A stretch of 64,000 bases of DNA from Desulfosudaceae bacterium (lineage in GTDB: Bacteria; Desulfobacterota; Desulfobacteria; Desulfobacterales; Desulfosudaceae), in NCBI GenBank assembly GCA_963674745.2, contig CAXXDV010000001.1:2336001-2400000 (forward strand), in the 5' to 3' direction. Both the position numbers and the translations under genes were made by a program. Below, piece after piece: positions 57,087 to 64,000 of this stretch. Numbering within the stretch: the first letter of the stretch is position 1; each line of letters opens with the position of its first letter. The notes under the pieces were generated by a model. That model saw nothing but the letters and a program-made list of their open reading frames with translations, was not told the DNA's origin and made no database searches.

Positions 57087-57560
57087 ATGAGTGACAAAGC
57101 TTTCCAGGACTACTATCCCCAAGATCTGAGCTGGTGCTATGGATGCGGCAGTAACAACCAGCATGGTCATCAGATCAAGAGTTACTGGGATGGTGAGGAA
57201 ACCGTTTGCCGTTTCCAGCCCCAGCCCTATCATACGGCCATCCCCGGTTTTGTGTACGGCGGGCTGATCGCCTCCCTGATCGATTGCCACAGCACCGGCA
57301 CGGCCGCTGCCGCCGCCTATCGGGCCGAGGGCCGGGAACAGGGCACGGAACCGCCCCTGCGGTTCGTGACCGCCTCCCTGCACGTGGATTATTTAAAACC
57401 CACGCCCCTGGGCCCGGTGCTGGAAATCCGCGGCCGGGTGAAAGAAATAAAAGGTAAAAAAGTGGTGGTGGAATCCACCCTGTCGGCTGATGGGGTCATC
57501 TGTGCTAAAGGCGAACTGGTCGCCGTCAGGATGCCCGAGAGCATGACACCGGCATCATAA
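57087..57560 (+). CDS. PaaI/hotdog-fold thioesterase
   Basis: CYGCG..N..G, YGGLIASLIDCH, VTASLHVDYLKPTP. Confidence 0.92.
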   Translation: MSDKAFQDYYPQDLSWCYGCGSNNQHGHQIKSYWDGEETVCRFQPQPYHTAIPGFVYGGLIASLIDCHSTGTAAAAAYRAEGREQGTEPPLRFVTASLHVDYLKPTPLGPVLEIRGRVKEIKGKKVVVESTLSADGVICAKGELVAVRMPESMTPAS

Positions 57561-59255
57561 AAGCGACTGCGGTGTAAACCCCAGCGCCTGTCCGATGCGC
57601 AGCCGTTCGTTTAATTCCTGCTCGATGGGATTTAAGCCGGCGATGTTGTCCCCCAGTGCGCCGACAGGCCCGTTGGTTTTTTCCAGGACCGCGCTTTTCA
57701 ACCGGGCTTCGAATTGTGCAGTGGTTTTTCCCACAACAGCGGTCAGGGTATCCTTGATCACGTTATCGATGTTGGAATCGATATTCATCGAAAAATTACC
57801 GATGGTGCCCTCTGTAACGGCAGTCAAATTGAAACGGGAAGTACCGGACAATTTATCGATAAGCGCCTGACCGATCTTGTTCAGTTCTTTTTCCGGGTTT
57901 GAGGAAAATTGCGCTTTTGATAGGTCAAAGTTCGCTTTTGATTTGAGGTTGACACTTTCAATGACCGTACTGATGTCCCAGTCAGCCGTTGCCGAGGTCA
58001 GTGCCAGCGGAAAATCATTACTGCTGCTGATTTTAAAATCACGAATAGCCATACCCCGGGCGCTTACGGTCATTTCGTCTTTGGGGCTTTGAGCGTTAAT
58101 GTGATCCAGCTCACCGTTGATGTTAATGGCCTCAATGTTTTTCATCTGCTTTGATGATAAAACAAAGGTCATGGGCCGGCCCAGAATATGCTGCCGGTTG
58201 GTCATGTTGTTGATGGCGCCGGAGATTTCACCGGCCGGAGTAACAACAGAGACAGCAGCCCGGCGTACCAGAAAATAAGGCAGGGGTTCGGCTTTCCTGT
58301 CTTGTACCGTTGACGTCTCAGCCTCTTTCTGTTCGGATTCGCCCGAATCAAGAAGCGGCCCAAGCCGTTGGTACCAGGCCAATCCGGTTTCCACCCATTG
58401 GCCGTATTCCGGACCGAACAGCAGGGCGGCCATGTGGCCCATACCCTCGGGTGTCAGGGAGTATTTTTCTTTGAGCCGCTGGAAGTCTTTATAAGGACTT
58501 CTGGCGACTTTTTCCGCCTGCTCGCGGAGCCGGGCAATGCTGTTACGCACATCGTCCCGGGCCTGATGAATCCGGGCCAGATCATCGCGGATGTCTTTTT
58601 GAATTGAATTGACCTGTCCGGCGGCACCCAGGATTTCCTCAATACCCCTTTTCCCTTTAAGCGCCTCGATCCGGTCTTCATACTGACGAAGTTTTTCCTT
58701 GTCCGGAAGTTCTTTGAGTTGTTTTTCAAACCGGGATCTCTCTTCGGCAATCTGCTGTTTCAGGCGTTCGGTTTCTTCGATGGTCTGCAAGGGCTCTTTT
58801 TCCAGGATGGTTTTTACATCCGCAATATCCAGAGAGGGTAGCTTAAAAACAGACATTTCAGCATCTTTTTTTGCCTTTCCGGCCAGGCCGGGAACCGCTC
58901 CGGATGTTTTTCTGTCCGTATCGAACCGGACACCCTCGACGGCCATTTCATCGGAAATTATTTTTTTTTGTAAAAGGGGAACCAGGTGCATGTCGAACGC
59001 GATCCGTGATATGTCGACAGCGTTTTTCATGGGCGCGTCCGGGTTGGTGACCTGCATGCGCGTGATTTCAAGCCCGGCAGGGAAAAAAGACAGGTCAGCC
59101 TTGTCCAGTTCCACCCTGGCACCGATCACACGGGTGCCGGCCGTTTCGATGCCTTTTTTGACCAGGCTGTCCGCGATCAGTATGAAAAAAACCGGCAGCC
59201 CGACAACCACTACCATAATACCAATCAGCCATTTACTGTGGAGTATGTTTTTCAT
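57555..59255 (-). CDS. TIGR03545-like (AsmA-related) membrane-anchored protein
   Basis: N-terminal TM segment, GARVEL...DLS, QVTNPDAPMKN, GVRFDTDRKTSGA, coiled coil, beta-rich C-terminus. Confidence 0.75.
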   Translation of the reverse strand: MKNILHSKWLIGIMVVVVGLPVFFILIADSLVKKGIETAGTRVIGARVELDKADLSFFPAGLEITRMQVTNPDAPMKNAVDISRIAFDMHLVPLLQKKIISDEMAVEGVRFDTDRKTSGAVPGLAGKAKKDAEMSVFKLPSLDIADVKTILEKEPLQTIEETERLKQQIAEERSRFEKQLKELPDKEKLRQYEDRIEALKGKRGIEEILGAAGQVNSIQKDIRDDLARIHQARDDVRNSIARLREQAEKVARSPYKDFQRLKEKYSLTPEGMGHMAALLFGPEYGQWVETGLAWYQRLGPLLDSGESEQKEAETSTVQDRKAEPLPYFLVRRAAVSVVTPAGEISGAINNMTNRQHILGRPMTFVLSSKQMKNIEAININGELDHINAQSPKDEMTVSARGMAIRDFKISSSNDFPLALTSATADWDISTVIESVNLKSKANFDLSKAQFSSNPEKELNKIGQALIDKLSGTSRFNLTAVTEGTIGNFSMNIDSNIDNVIKDTLTAVVGKTTAQFEARLKSAVLEKTNGPVGALGDNIAGLNPIEQELNERLRIGQALGFTPQSLL

Positions 59256-59331
59256 ACCAGACCTCTTTCGGGATAAGGGTTGGGGATTTATAAAATATAG
59301 CACCGCCGGTGGTGAAAATCAAAAGACTTTT

Positions 59332-61851
59332 CTACCGCACCCGTTTCCGATCAGCCTCGAGGATAACTTCGCGCAGGGCTTTTTCATTTTTGGCCCGCAG
59401 CCATTGGTGCTCGAAGTTGGGGGTCTGTACGACCTGGGCGATGGCGGACAGGGCCTGGAGGTGAAAATTGCGCTCGTCCTTGGTGCCGGCCAGGACAAAA
59501 ACGGCGTGAACCATGGGCGCGGAGTCGGAAAAGCGGATGCCCTGGCGACAGCGGGCCAGCAGGATATTGAAACGGTGGCTGCCGCTGATGATGATATGGG
59601 GAATGGCCAGCCAGCGACTGATGGCGGTACTGCTTTCTTTTTCCCGCTCCATCAGCCGGTCATGCAGCGACTGTGTGGGAATTTTCAGTGACCGGGAAAG
59701 GGCGTCGGCGATGATCTGGAACAGTTCCGCTACTTCCATCGGCTGATTGATATCCAGCACGATACTTTCTTCAATAAAGCGGTCAAACCTGTCTCTGGGT
59801 GTCCGGCCCGCGTCGACCGGAACCGAGTCCTGCCGGATGATCTGGGTTACCTCTGTCGCCAGCGATTTGGACGCAAGTTCCTTGGCGGCCACTTTGCCCA
59901 CCAGGTAAGCCAGGGCGTGTTCCCGGTTGGTATCAAAGCGCAAGGCCACTTCTTCCAATCGTTCGGGCGGACCGACCAGGGTTACCATGTCGCCCACCTC
60001 CAGGCGGGTATAACCATGGGACATCAGCATTTGGCCCTGGCGATGGATGGTCAAAATCAGGGTATCCAGCGGCAGGCGCAGGTCACGCAGGGCAATGCCA
60101 TGCAGGTTGGGATTGCGCAGCTCCACTTCCATGATTTTCTGGTTTGTTTCCAAACCCAGCAGCAGGGAGGCGGCTGAAGGTGAACGGACAAACTGATCCA
60201 TGAGGTTGACCAGGGCGGTGCCCGGGTCCACGATCATGGCGCCGAGTTCACGAAACCGGTTGATGTTGGCCAGTTCATTAAGTCTGACGACCAGGTTGGC
60301 CGTACCGAAGTGTTCATAGGCCAGTTCACAAATCCGGTAGTTCTCATCATCGGACAGCATGGTGACAATGGTTTCCGCCTCTCCGACCTGGAGTTGATTC
60401 AGGGCGGCCAGATTGATTTCATCAACGGCATGTATGTCAATTCCTGAGTGGGGGATATCTTCCGGGTGGACGCCGGGAGCGATGATTTTGACCTGCCAGC
60501 CGTTGTTTTTCAAGCTGTGAGCCAGGGCCAGGGACTGGCTTTCCAAACCGAAAAGAACCGCCTGGCGGCTGTCGTAAAAGTCACCTCCTTCGGCGCGGGT
60601 ATGTGTTTCTCCGGCCATGTTGATGGCGATTTTTAACAGGGGCGGGCCGATCAGCTGATTGAGCACGATGACGGCGATCAGTACGGTCCCCAGGGGGAGG
60701 CCCCAGTCCGGGAATTCGACCATTATCGCCTTGGCCAATCCCAGGCTGACGCCGGCCTGGGTGATATAGGCCATCCAGCCGATACGGTTGTGCCGCATGG
60801 GATCACCGGCGATGATGCCGCCGGTAAAAGCGCCGGCAAATATGGTCGCGACACGGACAAGCAGCAAAAGCAGGGCAATTTGCCAGGTATGTGCCAGAAC
60901 GTCCAGTGTCAGGGCGGCCCCGGTCAGGGTAAAAAAGGCGACATAAATCACCGGCCCGGTATCGGTCAGAATTTTTGAAAACTCCAGGCGACAATTGCAG
61001 TAATTGGTCACCATGAAGCCACCGATCATACAGATCAACAGCGGCTCGACCATGATTTCCACGGGCAGCCAGGCGTGGGAGGCGTTCCGCAGCGCGGCCG
61101 ACAACAGGTAAACACTGTAACCGATGGATACGATCAGGAAGGCTTTGATGTTGCTGCCGGCCGGCAGGGCCAGAAGATGAATCATGACTTGCCCCAGCAG
61201 AAACCCGAAAAAGATCGAAAGCGTCAATTCGGTCAGCAGGACCAGGAAAAACCGGAAATCAATACCGAGGCCGGTCATCAGGCCGTCGGCAATGGATACG
61301 TTGGTCGCAAACAGGGTAATGACGACCACATCGGTGATCATGGTCACACCGATGACCGTTTGGGTAAAGGGCCCCTTGGCCCGGAGCTCATTGATAACCG
61401 CCATGACCGAAGATGGTGAACGGGCCACCAGAATGGATCCGGCCAGCAGGGATACGGCCACACGGCCCGCGGTGGTCATGTCTCGCATGAAAGGAATCAA
61501 ATCAGACATCAGAAACATGATGCCGCTACAGACGATAAATGTACTGACAACCAGTCCGATGGTGATCCACTGGATGCTTTTTAAGCGGTCTTTCAGGTCT
61601 TTGAGGTACAACTGACTGCCGGCGGCAAAAGCGATAAAGGCCAGGGCGATTTCATCGATAAAACGCAGGCCGGCCACGGCTTCGGCTGATATCAGCCCCA
61701 GGACGTAAGGCCCGGCGAGGATGCCGGTGAACAAAAAGCCGCTGATCAGGGGCAGCGATGTTTTGCCGATAAAATCGCCCAGCTGTCTTGAAGCCAGGGC
61801 GATGATCGCAAAACTGAGCACGATGGCCAGCAGGTTTAAATACGGTTCCAT
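59332..61851 (-). CDS. Cation:proton antiporter fused to TrkA-N/TrkA-C (RCK) and PTS EIIA domains
   Basis: LPLISGFL.TGILAGP, FFTLTGA, QAGVSLG; RCK region (SDDENYRICELAYEHFG, SHGYTRL); C-terminal ERE.ESSTAI...AIPH. Confidence 0.88.
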   Translation of the reverse strand: MEPYLNLLAIVLSFAIIALASRQLGDFIGKTSLPLISGFLFTGILAGPYVLGLISAEAVAGLRFIDEIALAFIAFAAGSQLYLKDLKDRLKSIQWITIGLVVSTFIVCSGIMFLMSDLIPFMRDMTTAGRVAVSLLAGSILVARSPSSVMAVINELRAKGPFTQTVIGVTMITDVVVITLFATNVSIADGLMTGLGIDFRFFLVLLTELTLSIFFGFLLGQVMIHLLALPAGSNIKAFLIVSIGYSVYLLSAALRNASHAWLPVEIMVEPLLICMIGGFMVTNYCNCRLEFSKILTDTGPVIYVAFFTLTGAALTLDVLAHTWQIALLLLLVRVATIFAGAFTGGIIAGDPMRHNRIGWMAYITQAGVSLGLAKAIMVEFPDWGLPLGTVLIAVIVLNQLIGPPLLKIAINMAGETHTRAEGGDFYDSRQAVLFGLESQSLALAHSLKNNGWQVKIIAPGVHPEDIPHSGIDIHAVDEINLAALNQLQVGEAETIVTMLSDDENYRICELAYEHFGTANLVVRLNELANINRFRELGAMIVDPGTALVNLMDQFVRSPSAASLLLGLETNQKIMEVELRNPNLHGIALRDLRLPLDTLILTIHRQGQMLMSHGYTRLEVGDMVTLVGPPERLEEVALRFDTNREHALAYLVGKVAAKELASKSLATEVTQIIRQDSVPVDAGRTPRDRFDRFIEESIVLDINQPMEVAELFQIIADALSRSLKIPTQSLHDRLMEREKESSTAISRWLAIPHIIISGSHRFNILLARCRQGIRFSDSAPMVHAVFVLAGTKDERNFHLQALSAIAQVVQTPNFEHQWLRAKNEKALREVILEADRKRVR

Positions 61852-61929
61852 AAATTTAAGGTCTCGTAAAAAATGTTCCGGGTCAGCAGCGTATCGCCGG
61901 TCACGGATTTTTTACCGGGCCGTTCTTTT

Positions 61930-62490
61930 TTACAGGAAATCCTTAATGGTCAAGACTGAATACACCGGCACATCCAGGGCCTCAATATTCTGTCGGCCGT
62001 TTTCTTCGCATCTGTCCAGCAGTGCGATGACGCCCAGCACAATCAGGCCGTGGTCCTGTGCGACGCGGATGGCCTTGATGGTGGAACCACCGGTGGTGAT
62101 GACGTCTTCGGTGATGATGACCCCGTCATCCGGCTTGATGTGGCCTTCGATCTGCAGGCCGGTACCATGGCCCTTGGGCTCTTTCCTGATGGAGAAACCC
62201 TCTATTTTTTTATTGTTCAAATGAAAGGTATGGGCCACGGCAAACGAGATGGGGTCGGCGCCCATGGTCAGGCCGCCAATGCCGGCCGGCGTAAGTGAAA
62301 GCGCTTCGATCAGTTCGTAAATCATGCTGCCGACCAGAAATTGGCCTTCGGAATAACAGGTCACCTGTTTAAGGTTAAAATAAAAACAGCTTTTTTTCCC
62401 GGAGGAAAGGGTGATCTCCGGGGTTTTTGTTTGTCTGAAGGCGCGGTCCTTTATGAGTTCTATGAGTCGATCTTTTTTGTCCATGTCCAT
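61930..62490 (-). CDS. pyrE: Orotate phosphoribosyltransferase
   Basis: LSSGKKS.FY, GGLTMGADP, RKEPKGHGT, EDVITTGGS. Confidence 0.95.
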   Translation of the reverse strand: MDMDKKDRLIELIKDRAFRQTKTPEITLSSGKKSCFYFNLKQVTCYSEGQFLVGSMIYELIEALSLTPAGIGGLTMGADPISFAVAHTFHLNNKKIEGFSIRKEPKGHGTGLQIEGHIKPDDGVIITEDVITTGGSTIKAIRVAQDHGLIVLGVIALLDRCEENGRQNIEALDVPVYSVLTIKDFL

Positions 62491-62514
62491 CGTTTTCTCC
62501 AAAATAATAAAGGG

Positions 62515-62721
62515 CTACTGGTTGCCCAGGCCATTGAGCTGCCCGCATTCCGGGCAGACCCAGTTAATGCCGTTGCAGGAAAGACCCCAGAAATTTTCAT
62601 ACATACAGTCCTGGCAAATCGCGAAATTACAATGCCGGCATTGCCAGCAGAAGGGGTGGTCCTTTTTACAGCAGTCGCATTGATTTTTTTTCCTGGCTTT
62701 TCTTTTTGATCGGTATGACAT
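62515..62721 (-). CDS. Small Cys-rich putative Zn-finger protein (68 aa, 11 Cys)
   Basis: CDCC..CWQCRHC..ICQDC..SC..WVCPEC with a basic N-terminus. Confidence 0.75.
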   Translation of the reverse strand: MSYRSKRKARKKNQCDCCKKDHPFCWQCRHCNFAICQDCMYENFWGLSCNGINWVCPECGQLNGLGNQ

Positions 62722-62914
62722 GATATTCGTTTGTCCCGCCACTAATGCGATGTGTATTTTAATTGTTCACATGTTTCATTCCAATGATCAAGTCTATCAT
62801 GGCTTGATGAACCCGAAAAGCGCAATTTTGTTCCCCTCAAAAAGCCATCATTTAAATTGCATCCCCGCGGCATTACATGGTATAGCAGAGGGGAATATTT
62901 TGGAGATCAGGTGA

Positions 62915-63544
62915 GTGGGCCATAAAGACAACAGTGCCGGGCCGGTAACCGGTGTTATTCTGGCCGGTGGCGAAAGCAGTCGGTTTGATTATGTCAACAA
63001 GGCGTTTTTTGAAATCGACGGGGACCTGGTTGTCGAACGTGTCTATCAGGCCATGGGCGCTGTTTTTGATGAAATTATCGTGGTAACCAACAACCCCATT
63101 GATTACCTGAAGTGGGATGTTCAAATTACCACGGATATTTTTTCCTGCCGCAGCTCGATGACAGGGGTCCATGCCGGGTTGTTTATGGCGGAAACACCTT
63201 ACGTTTTTGTTTGCGGTTGTGATACGCCGTTCTTAAAACAGGTGTTAATCGAGGCTTTATTGTCCGGCCTGGAAGAGACGGTTGACATTGTTGTGCCCAA
63301 AAAAGCCAATGGCTGGTTTGAACCGCTCTGCGCTGTTTATTCCAAGGACTGCCTGCCGGCCATGGAGGCCTGTCTGCGGCAGCAGAAATTCGATATTAAG
63401 CGGATTTTTAAACAGTTTCAGGTGAAATATGTGGATGAAGCGGTGTTACGCCGGGCCGATCCGGAGCTGGTGTCGTTTTTTAACGTCAATACCCCGGAGG
63501 ATCTGCAGCTGGCCCGGGAGATGATCGGTAAAAGGAGCCTGTAA
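62915..63544 (+). CDS. mobA: Molybdenum cofactor guanylyltransferase
   Basis: ILAGGESSRF..NKA, CDTPF, EPLCAVY, FFNVNTPEDL. Confidence 0.95.
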   Translation: MGHKDNSAGPVTGVILAGGESSRFDYVNKAFFEIDGDLVVERVYQAMGAVFDEIIVVTNNPIDYLKWDVQITTDIFSCRSSMTGVHAGLFMAETPYVFVCGCDTPFLKQVLIEALLSGLEETVDIVVPKKANGWFEPLCAVYSKDCLPAMEACLRQQKFDIKRIFKQFQVKYVDEAVLRRADPELVSFFNVNTPEDLQLAREMIGKRSL

Positions 63545-63909
63545 TGAATATTTCTGATATGATCAACAAGGTCAAACAGCATCCGGATTTCTCCAGGGCC
63601 GGAATGGTCTTGTGTCATAACGGTGTGGTGCGGGCGACATCCGCTTCCGGTGATCAGCCGGTTGCGTCACTGGTGGTATCGGCTGATCACAAAAAACTGG
63701 CCGAGGCCGTCGCGCGGCATAAACAGATGCCCGGCATTATTGAAATTCTGGCAGAGGTGGCGGACGGCCGGGAACTGTCCGTGGGAGACGATATTATGGT
63801 GCTGGTCGTGGCCGGGGATGTGCGAACCAACGTGATTCCGGTTATGTCTTCATTGATTGACGAGGTTAAGGCAACGGTGACCAGTAAGACCGAAACATAT
63901 GAAGATTGA
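63544..63909 (+). CDS. moaE: MoaE-family molybdopterin biosynthesis protein (short form)
   Basis: GMVLCHNGVVR, L.VGDD.M..VVAGD.R. Lies between mobA and moaC. Confidence 0.82.
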   Translation: MNISDMINKVKQHPDFSRAGMVLCHNGVVRATSASGDQPVASLVVSADHKKLAEAVARHKQMPGIIEILAEVADGRELSVGDDIMVLVVAGDVRTNVIPVMSSLIDEVKATVTSKTETYED

Positions 63910-63932
63910 CGGCGCTGCATGTTGGAGAAACT

Positions 63933-64000
63933 ATGAATGAATTCACGCATATAGATGATGATGGCCGTGTCCGCATGGTAGATGTGTCCGAAAAGGCGCC
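63933..64000 (+). CDS. moaC: Cyclic pyranopterin monophosphate synthase MoaC, N-terminus only
   Basis: MNEFTHIDDDGRVRMVDVSEK matches the F.H.D..G..RMVDVS.K start of MoaC. GGAG RBS upstream. Confidence 0.88.
   Translation, partial: MNEFTHIDDDGRVRMVDVSEKA

Overview
A gene-dense chromosomal segment from an anaerobic Desulfobacterota (Desulfobacterales-like) bacterium; the taxonomy is inferred from gene content and gene order. In order it holds: a yhaO/yhaN-type nuclease pair, a methyltransferase, arfB, an unusual large kinase-like gene with a membrane-protein partner, and a 2-hydroxyacid dehydrogenase. Next is a ~17 kb LPS core/lipid A region (LpxL-type acyltransferase, three Kdo/WaaP-family kinase genes, three GT9 genes, GT2/GT4 genes, O-antigen ligase, sulfotransferase). 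Four B12-binding radical SAM genes, a further radical SAM gene, a flippase-like gene and a TMTC-like GT-C/TPR gene follow, interrupted by an orphan oadG/oadB pair. An F0-only ATP synthase operon encodes both a normal c subunit and a four-hairpin fused c subunit with one apparently dead ion site, the most striking feature here. The rest is metF, murJ, ftsB, a beta-oxidation operon with a FadE24/FadE23-like pair, the Wood-Ljungdahl acsD-acsA-acsB-acsC-acsE operon (acsB carries a 1-nt frameshift), a CPA2-RCK-EIIA fusion, pyrE and mobA-moaE-moaC. Intergenic DNA has a MITE-like element with a nested REP-like hairpin, GTAG-REP clusters and inverted 8-bp tandem arrays. No rRNA, tRNA or CRISPR array was seen. 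All calls come from motif recognition by eye; no database search was run.
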